This document shows, in pieces, positions 44,846 to 54,178 of a stretch of 64,000 bases of DNA. The stretch is from an uncultured Candidatus Saccharibacteria bacterium (lineage in GTDB: Bacteria; Patescibacteriota; Saccharimonadia; Saccharimonadales; JAUPVS01), in contig CAYPFM010000001.1 of assembly GCA_964410185.1 (NCBI GenBank), positions 272,860 through 336,859 on the forward strand. The letters run 5' to 3'. The position numbers were made by a program, and so were the translations under genes. Every line of letters begins with the position of its first letter. Positions within the stretch are counted from its first letter, which is position 1. The notes beneath the pieces were generated by a model that was not told the DNA's origin, ran no database searches, and saw only the letters and a list, made by a program, of their open reading frames with translations.

Positions 44846-45448
44846 ATGAAATCCTCGCTAATAAAACTCCAGCCCTACACGGGCCTTGTGGCTGTGGCCA
44901 TGATTTGGGCCGGTACGCTCATAAGCATGTATCGCACAGGCCTGGGCTTATTGGATGATCGCCCCATTAGTTTCTTGGCAAGCGACCCAGCCTCACGGCT
45001 GCTATTCGTCAGTAGTCTGATTATGAGTGCTGTCTTGTTGATTATTTACGGTCTCTATATAAACCGTCAGTTCAAGGTTAACAATAAGTTTCTCAAGTAT
45101 CTTGTGGCGGGACAGATCGGCCAAATTATCTTGGCCGTAAGCCCGTATGGCGAAACGCCGATTGGGGTGATTCATTTGCTGGCAGCTTTTACCTTGGCAT
45201 TTTCATTGCCGCTACTCATTAAGCAGTTCGCAATTTCGCAAAATCAGAGTCCGTACCACCGAACTTATCAATACCTGCTTAGGATTGAACAAGTCAGTTT
45301 TGTGATTGGAATCGGCCTGTTTATTTTTGCAAGAGGTCTTGCTCCACTGGGCGAAGCTATGCCAGCTGTCGGCTTTCACCTCTGGATTATTGTCGTCACC
45401 TACATTGCGATTAGAAAACCGAACCATCTCAGCTCGCCTTCAAGTTAA
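44846..45448 (+). CDS. Hypothetical polytopic membrane protein
   Basis: About 200 aa with 6 hydrophobic spans. The ORF-track start at 44804 lies inside the tRNA and was rejected. Confidence 0.55.
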   Translation: MKSSLIKLQPYTGLVAVAMIWAGTLISMYRTGLGLLDDRPISFLASDPASRLLFVSSLIMSAVLLIIYGLYINRQFKVNNKFLKYLVAGQIGQIILAVSPYGETPIGVIHLLAAFTLAFSLPLLIKQFAISQNQSPYHRTYQYLLRIEQVSFVIGIGLFIFARGLAPLGEAMPAVGFHLWIIVVTYIAIRKPNHLSSPSS

Positions 45449-45459
45449 TTGTTTATGCT

Positions 45460-46014
45460 GTGTTTGTTGCCAAGGAATCCGGGCAACGCTCACACAAAGT
45501 TAATACAATAGGAGGGATTATTAAGCGACTTAATAAAACATTGCTCGTTGGAGCAACGATTGTCTCCTTAGGGGCAAGTAGCGTGGTTGGTATGGGTTTG
45601 GCTCACGCCGCTACAACCTCAGCCAACCAAGATAGTCTTGTCGATAAGATTGCCAGCAAGTTTAACCTCAACAAGTCTGATGTACAGAAGGTCTTTGATG
45701 AAGACAGGACAGCTCATCAAGCCGAACGTGAACAAAAGATGAAAGAGCGACTTGATCAAGCGGTCAAAGACGGCAAGCTAACGCAAGCCCAAGCAGACAA
45801 GCTAATTGCCAAGCACGAGGAACTAGAAGCTACTCGCCAGGCAAATCGGGATGCCATGAAGGACAAAACCGAAGCCGAGCGAAAGGCAGCCATGGGCGCC
45901 GAACGCACTGCCTACAAACAGTGGCTAACCGACAACGGTATCCCCGCCGAATTCGGTATGATGGGCGGTCATGGTAGAATGGGCGGCCCTGGCGGACCCC
46001 CATCTGCTAACTAG
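45460..46014 (+). CDS. Hypothetical secreted coiled-coil protein with Gly/Met-rich tail
   Basis: Signal peptide KRLNKTLLVGATIVSLGASSVVGMGLAHA/AT. The start is uncertain (GTG at 45460 or a non-canonical codon after AGGAGGG at about 45510). Confidence 0.55.
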   Translation: MFVAKESGQRSHKVNTIGGIIKRLNKTLLVGATIVSLGASSVVGMGLAHAATTSANQDSLVDKIASKFNLNKSDVQKVFDEDRTAHQAEREQKMKERLDQAVKDGKLTQAQADKLIAKHEELEATRQANRDAMKDKTEAERKAAMGAERTAYKQWLTDNGIPAEFGMMGGHGRMGGPGGPPSAN

Positions 46015-46070
46015 GCTCAACTAACAAACTAACCCAAAGGAGGCGCCCGCCGTCAGCAAACGCTGGCGGC

Positions 46071-46523
46071 TTATTTTTTGCGCTTTTTGGAAGGATGCCT
46101 TTTGATATACGGGTTAATATGCTTCCCGCTATCCTGGTTATAGCTAAGCGCCCGTCCGGCAATAATAAAACTAGCTGCCGCAATCGGCAGTTCAATAAAT
46201 AACGCCATGAGTATGGCCTGCTTGAGTTCGTCTCCACCCCTCTGGCTGAGTACGTCAAACCAGGCGTCCAAGATGAGCACGCTCCCAAGCACCGTGGCGG
46301 ACATGGCCACCCAACGTGATTGGATATAAGAAAAGTACCCCGTGGCAGCCAAAGAAACGATTAAAAGAATGTTAAGCCCAACCCAGCTAACATCCCAGTG
46401 TATGGTGAGATTATGCTCGGGTAGAGACTGCGACAGATACAGCGTCCAAGGCAATAGCACTAAAGCAAAGACTGGATAAATAATCGCTACCTTCGTGAGA
46501 ACTCGCTTATGCTTTTGTTTCAT
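46071..46523 (-). CDS. Hypothetical membrane protein
   Basis: 150 aa, 4 hydrophobic spans; TATACT-N7-ATG upstream. Confidence 0.55.
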   Translation of the reverse strand: MKQKHKRVLTKVAIIYPVFALVLLPWTLYLSQSLPEHNLTIHWDVSWVGLNILLIVSLAATGYFSYIQSRWVAMSATVLGSVLILDAWFDVLSQRGGDELKQAILMALFIELPIAAASFIIAGRALSYNQDSGKHINPYIKRHPSKKRKK

Positions 46524-46539
46524 CGCTCTTAGTATAGCG

Positions 46540-47265
46540 CTAAATGAAGCGAGTCAGTACGAACATCATAAAAGCGCCAAATATTGTCAGGCCAATTGTG
46601 ATGCGAGATGAGTTTTCCTCGTGCGCCTGTGGCAAGATATCGCTGGCACCGATGTACAGCAAAAAACCGGCAAAGAAACCGAGGTAGATGACCAGTTGGG
46701 CATCTGAGATGGTGAAGAACATTGTTGCTAAGACTCCCAAGACGGGCGCCAGAGCATTAATCAGGAGCATGCCGAGTGATCGTTTGGTGCTATTTTTATG
46801 AGCCAACATAAGGCTGACGGTATTAAGGCCGTCAGCGAAGTCGTGACCAATTACGGCAATCGCCACCGCCACACCAACGGTGTTGCTCACCTGAAAGCCG
46901 AGGCCAATACCGACACCATCTAAGAAGCTGTGGCCACTTAAGGCGAGCGCGGATACCAGACCAACTTGAGGATGGCGATGTTTGCCATACTCGGTTTCGT
47001 GCGCGTGGTGAATCAGCACATTTTTCTCTAAAACATGAAAAGCCAAGAAGCCCACCACCAAAGCGATCATCGGTGCGGTTGGGTTGAGGTTATTGGCGTG
47101 AACCAGCTCAAAAAGTTCCGGCAAAATATCGAAGGCAATGACGCCCAGAATAATTCCAGCCGTTAGTCCGAGGATGTGGTGGATGTAGTGCTTGTTTTTG
47201 ATTGCCACCAAACCGCCCAGAAGAGTCGATATAAAGGTCGCAAAAGCGAGAAGAACTTGTTCCAT
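46540..47265 (-). CDS. ZIP-family divalent metal transporter (ZupT-like)
   Basis: HSFLDGVGIGLGF and IGHDFADGL motifs; 241 aa. Confidence 0.88.
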   Translation of the reverse strand: MEQVLLAFATFISTLLGGLVAIKNKHYIHHILGLTAGIILGVIAFDILPELFELVHANNLNPTAPMIALVVGFLAFHVLEKNVLIHHAHETEYGKHRHPQVGLVSALALSGHSFLDGVGIGLGFQVSNTVGVAVAIAVIGHDFADGLNTVSLMLAHKNSTKRSLGMLLINALAPVLGVLATMFFTISDAQLVIYLGFFAGFLLYIGASDILPQAHEENSSRITIGLTIFGAFMMFVLTRFI

Positions 47266-47331
47266 GCTCCTTTAAGCCTAATGAATAACCCCTGTTTTAG
47301 CAACCTTTTCTAGCGTACAATAGCAAGTAAT

Positions 47332-48588
47332 ATGCAAATTCATAGTCTTGCCGATGCCGAGCTAGCGCTTAAGCGCTTTACGCCCAATAAGCAAACCACT
47401 AACTGGACGTTCTCGTTAGAACGCATGCAGGCTTTTATGGCTGCACTGGGTGACCCACAGGAGAAACTTAAAATTATCCATGTGGCTGGTACATCGGGGA
47501 AAACGTCAACAGCCTACTATATTGCCGAAATGCTGCGCCAGGCAGGCAAGACGGTAGGCCTCACCGTTTCGCCCCATGTTGACCTGGTGAATGAACGCGT
47601 CCAATTGAACGGGGTGCCGATGGCCGAAGCGGACTTTTGTGCTTTACTGGGCGAGTTTATCAATCTGCCAGCGGTGAAGGCCGCTGACCCAAGTTACTTC
47701 GGTTTATTGATCGGTTTTGCTTTTTGGGCCTTTGCCAAGCAAGCAGTCGATTATGCGGTCATTGAGGTTGGTTTGGGCGGGCGGCTAGACAGCACCAATG
47801 TTATTAATCGTGCCGAAAAAGTCTGCGTGATTACTGACATTGGCCTGGACCACATTGCCATGCTCGGTAACGATTTGCCAAGCATCGCTGCCGAAAAAGC
47901 TGGAATTATTCAGTCGGGCAATCACGTGCTGATGGCCAACCAACCCGAAGAGGTGATTGAGGTGGTTAAAGAGCGCGCGACGGAGCAGGCGGCGGACCTA
48001 GATATCCTTGAGCCCACCAACGCCCCCGAATATCTGCCATTATTTCAGCAGCGCAACTGGTGTGTCGCCCAAGCAGTGGTTAGCTATGTGGCGCAACGTG
48101 ACGGTTTTGCGTTTACACGGGAGCAAGCCGAAGCCAGCGCCGGCGTTCTGATACCGGCCCGTATGGAGACACTCCAGTATAACGGCAAGACAGTTATTTT
48201 GGATGGCGCTCACAACGTTCAGAAGATAACGGCCCTCTGCGCGAGCCTAAAAGAGAAGTATCCCGATCAGAAGCTAGCAGCGGTCGTAAGCTTTGTGCAT
48301 GACAAAGACGACTCTATGGAACAAAAGATGGCTGCGTTGCATACAGTCGCAGATACTCTGATTATCACCACCTTTCGGGCTGAGCAAGATATGCCAAAAT
48401 GGTCGATTGAGCCTGAGGTTATCGAAAAAGCGGCACACCAGGCAGGCTTTAAATCAGTTACCATCATCAATAGTCCAAAAGAAGCCTTTGAGTCGTTAAT
48501 GCATCAACAAGAGCCAGTCGTTTTGGTAACAGGATCATTTTATCTGTTACAAAAAGACATACGACCACTTGTTAGGGCGGCCGCATGA
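47332..48588 (+). CDS. folC: Folylpolyglutamate synthase / dihydrofolate synthase
   Basis: Mur-ligase P-loop HVAGTSGKTSTA; 418 aa; overlaps folA. Confidence 0.9.
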   Translation: MQIHSLADAELALKRFTPNKQTTNWTFSLERMQAFMAALGDPQEKLKIIHVAGTSGKTSTAYYIAEMLRQAGKTVGLTVSPHVDLVNERVQLNGVPMAEADFCALLGEFINLPAVKAADPSYFGLLIGFAFWAFAKQAVDYAVIEVGLGGRLDSTNVINRAEKVCVITDIGLDHIAMLGNDLPSIAAEKAGIIQSGNHVLMANQPEEVIEVVKERATEQAADLDILEPTNAPEYLPLFQQRNWCVAQAVVSYVAQRDGFAFTREQAEASAGVLIPARMETLQYNGKTVILDGAHNVQKITALCASLKEKYPDQKLAAVVSFVHDKDDSMEQKMAALHTVADTLIITTFRAEQDMPKWSIEPEVIEKAAHQAGFKSVTIINSPKEAFESLMHQQEPVVLVTGSFYLLQKDIRPLVRAAA

Positions 48589-49088
48589 TTTACGCGATAG
48601 CTGCTATCGACAACCAGCGAGGGGTGGCCAATGATGCCGGTATCCCTTGGAAGCTACCAGCAGACCAACAGTACTTTCGCCAGCAAACCGAGGGTGCTGC
48701 CATACTGATGGGTTTTGGCATGTACCAGGAGCTAAAAGCGCCGTTGCCCAACCGACGTAATCTCGTGGCGATTCGACCGGGTACAGAACTACGCGCAGGT
48801 TTTGAGGCGGTAGAAGACACGGGGGCATTTTTGGCACCCTACAAGGACAGCACCGAGATTGTGTGGATAGTGGGCGGAGCTAAGCTGTATGAAAAGCTAC
48901 TGTCGTATACTCAAAAGCTCTACCTCACTCGTGTTCAAGCTGACTTTCATTGCACCAAGTTTTTTCCCGCCTTTGAAGAAAGTTTTAGCCTTGTCCAACA
49001 GAGTGAAACCCAACAAGAGAACGGCCTCAGCTTCTGCTACGAAGTCTGGGATTCTCAGCCAGTTCTCAAGCATAATCAGGTATACTAA
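48585..49088 (+). CDS. folA: Dihydrofolate reductase
   Basis: IYAIAAIDNQRGVANDAGIPWKLPADQQYFRQQT, LPNRRNLV, VGGAKLYE. Confidence 0.9.
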   Translation: MIYAIAAIDNQRGVANDAGIPWKLPADQQYFRQQTEGAAILMGFGMYQELKAPLPNRRNLVAIRPGTELRAGFEAVEDTGAFLAPYKDSTEIVWIVGGAKLYEKLLSYTQKLYLTRVQADFHCTKFFPAFEESFSLVQQSETQQENGLSFCYEVWDSQPVLKHNQVY

Positions 49089-49102
49089 GCGTAAGTAAAA
49101 CC

Positions 49103-50299
49103 ATGAAGAAAACCGCCAAGCCACCGAAGATGGTCAAAGCCAATGATGCGACCGGTCGGGCCGATAATTATCAAGTGAGTCGAAGTCTACCTGATTTGCG
49201 TCGAGGGCCACGCCCGGTGCGGGCAGTCCCTGGGGTCAAGCCGCCTAAGCAACGCCGTTGGGGGTGGAAAAAAGTTCTTAAGCGCCTGCTTACAGTACTT
49301 ATTATCGTTTTTATTGCGGTCGGTGCTTGGTTGGGTTACGGCGCTATTCACAATAGCAACAAGCTGGGCACGAACTTATTCAGCTTTTTTGATAATTCCA
49401 AGCTAAAAGGCGAGGACAGGGGTAGAATTAACATTTTGCTAACTGGCGTATCGACAGATGATCCTGGCCATCAGGGAGCTGACCTAACGGACTCAATTAT
49501 GATCATTAGCATCAACCCCAACAATAAAACGGCCTACCTGATGAGTATCCCTCGTGACCTGTACGTCAAAATCCAAGGTAACGGATACGCCAAGATAAAT
49601 GCGGCTAACGTGTACGGTAAAGCCGATAAGTTTAGCCAGTCTGGTTATCCGGATGGTGGCGTGGGGCTCCTCGAAAAAACTATCACCGACAATTTCAATA
49701 TCCCAATTGATTACTACGCCGTTATTAACTACACCGCCTTCCGCGATGCCGTTAATGCGGTCGGTGGTGTGACCGTGACCGTAACAAGTCCCAGCAAGTA
49801 CGGTGTTTATGACCCTTATGCCAACCTAAAGCTCGCCAATGGCACCCAGCAAATTGACGGCCAAACTGCTCTGAATCTATCCCGTGCTCGTGGAGAGGGG
49901 CCGGGTGCTTATGGGGTGGTGAGCGACTTTGATCGAACTGGCTATCAACGTCAAATCTTACTAGCTCTCAAAGATAAAGCTAACAGCGCCGGCGTACTCA
50001 CTAACCCCGTCAAAATCAATAACTTGTTTAATGCTGCCGGTAACAATGTTAAGACCGATCTTTCGCTTGGTAATATTCGCCGTCTCAACAATCTGACAAA
50101 AGGTATCAATAACGCTGACATTAAATCGGTGAGCCTCAATAATTATCAGAACGTGAACTACTTGCGTAACTACACCACCAACGACGGTCAGTCGACACTT
50201 ATTCCGGCCGCCGGTCTCACCAACTACACGGCCATTCAGGCGCTCATCACTCAACTTAACGCCAGTACGCCAACAGCGACGACCGAGCCACCAAAATGA
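49103..50299 (+). CDS. LytR-CpsA-Psr (LCP) family cell-wall glycopolymer transferase
   Basis: TM anchor then INILLTGVSTDD...ADLTDSIMIISINPNNKTAYLMSIPRDLYV. Confidence 0.88.
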   Translation: MKKTAKPPKMVKANDATGRADNYQVSRSLPDLRRGPRPVRAVPGVKPPKQRRWGWKKVLKRLLTVLIIVFIAVGAWLGYGAIHNSNKLGTNLFSFFDNSKLKGEDRGRINILLTGVSTDDPGHQGADLTDSIMIISINPNNKTAYLMSIPRDLYVKIQGNGYAKINAANVYGKADKFSQSGYPDGGVGLLEKTITDNFNIPIDYYAVINYTAFRDAVNAVGGVTVTVTSPSKYGVYDPYANLKLANGTQQIDGQTALNLSRARGEGPGAYGVVSDFDRTGYQRQILLALKDKANSAGVLTNPVKINNLFNAAGNNVKTDLSLGNIRRLNNLTKGINNADIKSVSLNNYQNVNYLRNYTTNDGQSTLIPAAGLTNYTAIQALITQLNASTPTATTEPPK

Positions 50300-51078
50300 C
50301 CGCCACTACCCACCAGCACAAAGCACTTGTCGTGATTTGCCTGCTGTTGGTCGCCGCCGTGGGTTTTGTGATCTTCCAAGCTTTAGTCGTTGTCTACAAT
50401 GGCACAAATGTTCCGACACCTGATATCCCGCGCGAACCAATTGTTATGGGAGAAGGGAAGCCGCTCAACTATGTTGTTATGGGCGATAGTACATCGGTTG
50501 CTCAGGGAGCCGAGTATGTCGAAGGTTACGCCGTTGCGACGGCCCAACACCTGGCTGAGACGAACAAAGTGACGATGGTGAATGTTGGTGTCTCGGGCGC
50601 TCGCGCTAAAGACATGGAGGGCCAACAACTGAACGACGCAGTAGGGTATAAACCAGACGTGGTTTTACTGGCAGTCGGCGGGAATGACGTAACGCACCTG
50701 ACGAGTTCGAGCTCACTGGAAAGCTCAATAAAAACAGCTGTCAGTCGTCTGGTGGCTGCTAATTGTGACGTTAAAATTATCATGACTGGCGTGCCTCAAA
50801 TGGGTTCGGTGTCTCGTTTCCCTCAGCCCCTGCGCGTCCTGGCTGGTCTAAGAACCACACAACTCAATCGTGTTTTTGACGGCCTTGCCAGTAGCCAGAA
50901 TGTCACCTTCGCCCGGATAGCCGAGCAAACGGGCCAGCAATTTAAAGAAGATCCAAGTTTATTTGCCCAAGATAAGTTCCATCCCAATGCGCGCGGCTAT
51001 GCTACCTGGATACCGGTATTGAACCATGCCATCGATGACGCACTTACTAACCAGCCCACCCACTGCCCAGTTGATTAA
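50296..51078 (+). CDS. SGNH/GDSL-family hydrolase
   Basis: VVMGDSTS, GGNDV, DKFHPN blocks; 4-nt overlap with the LCP gene. Confidence 0.85.
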   Translation: MTATTHQHKALVVICLLLVAAVGFVIFQALVVVYNGTNVPTPDIPREPIVMGEGKPLNYVVMGDSTSVAQGAEYVEGYAVATAQHLAETNKVTMVNVGVSGARAKDMEGQQLNDAVGYKPDVVLLAVGGNDVTHLTSSSSLESSIKTAVSRLVAANCDVKIIMTGVPQMGSVSRFPQPLRVLAGLRTTQLNRVFDGLASSQNVTFARIAEQTGQQFKEDPSLFAQDKFHPNARGYATWIPVLNHAIDDALTNQPTHCPVD

Positions 51079-51098
51079 TGGTGTAGAATAAAGCAGTT

Positions 51099-51704
51099 AT
51101 GTCCGTTAAAACGAAAAAGATACTCGCCGTCGATAATGTCCTCAAATGGCTGTTTGTTGGCGGGGGGTTGGTGGGGTTTGCCGCCTCCTTTATTTTGACA
51201 CTCGACAAGATAAAAATTCTGCAAGACCCGCATTATGTACCGCCATGCAACATCAATCCCATCCTAAGCTGTGGATCGGTCATGGTGACCTCACAAGCTT
51301 CGTTGTTTGGCTTTGCCAACTCACTGATTGGCATCGCTGGCTTTGCCGCCTTGATTGCCGTTGGGATGGCCTTGTTTGCTGGTGCCAGATTTAACCGCTG
51401 GTTTTGGCTTGCAGTTCAGGCTGGAGCAACGCTTGGTGTGTTGTTTGTGCATTGGCTTATTTACCAAAGCCTGTATCAAATCGGCACCCTTTGCCCCTAC
51501 TGTATGGCGGTTTGGGCGGTGACTATACCAATTTTTGCTTACGTGTCATTCTTTAATATTCAAAAGGGCTACCTGCCGGGAATCCACAAAGAAAACCGCG
51601 CCGTTGCTTTTGTACTGCGCCACCACGGCGACCTTGTTCTGTTCTGGTTCTTAATTATTGGCGGCCTTATTATGCACCGCTTTTGGTATTATTTCGGGTT
51701 TTAA
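51099..51704 (+). CDS. Vitamin K epoxide reductase (VKOR) family membrane oxidoreductase, copy 2
   Basis: VPPCNINPILSCGSVM and TLCPYCMAVW. Clear paralog of 43717-44343. Confidence 0.85.
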   Translation: MSVKTKKILAVDNVLKWLFVGGGLVGFAASFILTLDKIKILQDPHYVPPCNINPILSCGSVMVTSQASLFGFANSLIGIAGFAALIAVGMALFAGARFNRWFWLAVQAGATLGVLFVHWLIYQSLYQIGTLCPYCMAVWAVTIPIFAYVSFFNIQKGYLPGIHKENRAVAFVLRHHGDLVLFWFLIIGGLIMHRFWYYFGF

Positions 51705-51783
51705 TACACGCTCGGATTAGTGCTTTTTGAGCCCCGGTCGCAGCTTCGTTATAGATAACGTGAATTGATGCTATGCTTCTGTC

Positions 51784-52482
51784 ATGTCAGCAATTCGCAA
51801 CGAACGTATTCCTGTAAACACAATCACCACTGTGCCCCAGGTTTTGAAGACGCTGCGTGAACTGAATGTTTTGTTGAAAAATAATGACTTGGAGCAATGG
51901 CAACTATTCAACCAGGCCTACATCATCGTGACGGAGGCGGTTGACCAAGCCGCTGGTGCCGATTACTTTACGAACCAAGCGTTTGTCGCCAAGTTCAGCG
52001 TTTGCTTCGCGAAATACTATTTCCGGGCGGTTAATGACGAGCTGCAACATAGCAAAACCACAGTCGTTGCCTGGCATAAGCTCACGGAGCTGACGGGTAG
52101 CCCCTCATCCATCCATCTACTTATGGGAGCTAACGCTCATATTAACCGCGATTTGCCGCTTGCCTTAGCCGAAGCCCTAGCCGGCGAAGAATCCAAAGAG
52201 CTATTTGAGGATGTTCGAAAAGTGGACAAGCTTTTAATGCAGAGTGGTGAACACATCATCGATAGTTTTGAAGAACCAGGGCGCATTGCTCATTACGTGC
52301 AGCGACACTTGCGATTTTTGTACTATCGACCAATTATGGGAATTATTTTAGTTTGGCGAATTTCGGCCTGGCAAAATTACAAAAAAATACTGGCCGGCAA
52401 GGGAGGTAATCAAGAGGCTCGAAGCACAACAATCGCCAACCGCCTACTTGGCTTGGCAAAAGTAGCCGCTAGAATACCCTAA
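51784..52482 (+). CDS. Hypothetical protein (DUF5995-like helical protein?)
   Basis: 232 aa; GANAHINRDLPLAL motif recalled from that family. TGCTATGCT-N6-ATG upstream. Confidence 0.5.
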   Translation: MSAIRNERIPVNTITTVPQVLKTLRELNVLLKNNDLEQWQLFNQAYIIVTEAVDQAAGADYFTNQAFVAKFSVCFAKYYFRAVNDELQHSKTTVVAWHKLTELTGSPSSIHLLMGANAHINRDLPLALAEALAGEESKELFEDVRKVDKLLMQSGEHIIDSFEEPGRIAHYVQRHLRFLYYRPIMGIILVWRISAWQNYKKILAGKGGNQEARSTTIANRLLGLAKVAARIP

Positions 52483-52521
52483 TGCTTACCTAAGCTGCCA
52501 CCCAGGGTGTTTCAGGAGCTT

Positions 52522-52866
52522 CTACACCTTGGCAATGCCAGCGAGACGGGCGTCGAGCAAGGCAATTATGAGATCTGTTGGTAGCGGCTTCTCGAGCGTA
52601 AACTGAACGGTGCCTCGTGAAGTTTTATAGCCTTCTAGCTTATCACCAAGCATCTCGACAGCCTCGCCACCTGGAAAGAGGCTCATGTGGTTTTTAAAGG
52701 CCGCAAAAGCCACAAGATATTTCTTGTTATATTTGTAGCCCGGCATTCCATAGGTTATGCAGGCTTCGGCCTGGGGCACGTGTTTTTCAATAATCGTTTG
52801 AACACGGCTTAGTTCAGCCTTTTGTGGTGGATCCAAAGTTTTTAGATAGTCGTCAACAACACTCAT
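52522..52866 (-). CDS. DUF1801 (YdhG-like) domain protein
   Basis: DDYLKTLDPPQKAELSRVQTIIEKHVPQAEACITYGMPGYKY. The ATG at 52866 has AGGAGG 7 nt upstream. The GTG at 52872 is the ORF-track start. Confidence 0.7.
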   Translation of the reverse strand: MSVVDDYLKTLDPPQKAELSRVQTIIEKHVPQAEACITYGMPGYKYNKKYLVAFAAFKNHMSLFPGGEAVEMLGDKLEGYKTSRGTVQFTLEKPLPTDLIIALLDARLAGIAKV

Positions 52867-52963
52867 GGACACCTCCTATTCATACAAATAGTATAGCAAT
52901 AAGCCCCCGATAAGTTTGCGGGAGGGAGTACAATGAACATATAAATTGAAAGTGGGGTTCAGC

Positions 52964-53182
52964 ATGGCGAAAGCAACTGAAAAAACAAGTTACAACAAGC
53001 AGGGAGGCATATCGCAGCACAGCGGGGCAGGGGGCATCTGGTTCTTAGGATTCATCGGCACCTTGGCGTACTACCTGCATTATCATTCCGGCAGCTTCAA
53101 GCTCGTGATCATAGCCATTTTTAAAGCCACTTTTTGGCTGGTTTACTTGGTTTACTATCTGTTGCGATTTATGCGCGTGTAG
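52964..53182 (+). CDS. Hypothetical small two-TM protein
   Basis: 72 aa from ATG 52964, with two hydrophobic spans. Confidence 0.45.
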   Translation: MAKATEKTSYNKQGGISQHSGAGGIWFLGFIGTLAYYLHYHSGSFKLVIIAIFKATFWLVYLVYYLLRFMRV

Positions 53183-53187
53183 AAGAG

Positions 53188-53469
53188 TTACCGGTTGTTA
53201 ATCCCGTCGAGTCTCAGTTCATTGCTGTCGTCGCTGTGAGGGCCACTGCTGCCAACGTGTTTTTCGCTTATCTTGGGGCCGTTTTTTATAACGCTTACTA
53301 GGGCCATGGCGTGGCCGCGCCCTAAGTCAAAGTCTTGTTTGAGCCAATCGATTATTTCACCAGCTTTGGTGTTTTTGTTAAATCCTTTGGTAGTGGCTAG
53401 AGCAAGCAGCTCGTTTGGAGTCTTACCAGTTTTCGCTTCGATATTATCAAGATAGGCTTGAAACGACAT
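53188..53469 (-). CDS. DUF4287 domain protein
   Basis: MSFQAYLDNIEAKTGKTPNELLALA...IIDWLKQDFDLGRGHAMAL. Confidence 0.7.
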   Translation of the reverse strand: MSFQAYLDNIEAKTGKTPNELLALATTKGFNKNTKAGEIIDWLKQDFDLGRGHAMALVSVIKNGPKISEKHVGSSGPHSDDSNELRLDGINNR

Positions 53470-53471
53470 GA

Positions 53472-53933
53472 TTATGCGGCTTCGAGCTCGGAGGTCACGA
53501 TTTTTTTCATTTTCATCATGGCCTGGATTGCTTCTGGCCGCCCGCCCATTAACTCGCCCATGTTCTTAGGTATAATTTGCCAGCTGACGCCGAACTTATC
53601 TTTGCACCAACCACATTGCTCGGCTTCTGGGACGTGGGAGAGTTTGGACCAGAAGTAGTCAATTTCGGTCTGATCCTCGCACGATACAAACAGGGAAATC
53701 GCTTCGTTAAACATATACTGTGGGCCACCGTCCAAGCACATAAACTGCTGTCCGTTCAGCTCAAAAATGCCCGTGATAACTTTGCCGGACATACCTTTAA
53801 AGTGCTCATCCAGCGACTCATCGGGGTATTTTTCGACATGCACAATCTTGGAATTCTTAAAGACCGACACATAGTAATTCATCGCCTCTTCGGCATTGTT
53901 ATCGAACCATAGAAAGGGTGTAATTTTTTGCAT
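53472..53933 (-). CDS. VOC/glyoxalase-superfamily protein (PhnB / 3-demethylubiquinone methyltransferase-like domain)
   Basis: MQKITPFLWFDNNAEEAMNYYVSVFKNSKI, CGWCKDKFGVSWQI. TATAAT-N6-ATG upstream. The ORF-track start at 53999 was rejected. Confidence 0.8.
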   Translation of the reverse strand: MQKITPFLWFDNNAEEAMNYYVSVFKNSKIVHVEKYPDESLDEHFKGMSGKVITGIFELNGQQFMCLDGGPQYMFNEAISLFVSCEDQTEIDYFWSKLSHVPEAEQCGWCKDKFGVSWQIIPKNMGELMGGRPEAIQAMMKMKKIVTSELEAA

Positions 53934-54178
53934 ACCTTTATTATAACAAAGGACTACCGAATGAAGCCGGTCGCCAGCATGTGAAGTCGGCAACGACAAC
54001 CACGGCTAATGGTAGTATGAGTAGATGTGGCTTATATACGCACTGGCAACGGCTGGGCTTGTGCCGGTAAGCCGGTAGATACTCCACAACTGTAGCCTTA
54101 GGCAAAAAACGCTCCCAAAGAAAAGAAAGCAACTTTCAAAACTAGCATTCTAGCAAAAACTATGTCATAATATGTATT

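Noticed and set aside
52915-52935. Possible att-like partial copy of the tRNA-Lys(CUU) 3' end (GGAGGGAGTACAA versus GGAGGGACTCGAA)
   Set aside because: There are 3 mismatches in 13 nt and no integrase. This is not distinguishable from chance.
53941-54132. 63-aa minus-strand ORF in the 245-nt spacer upstream of the 443-aa orphan
   Set aside because: It has no RBS or -10 context, and it would overlap both divergent promoters. It is more likely non-coding, and the region is kept only as part of the orphan-pair finding.
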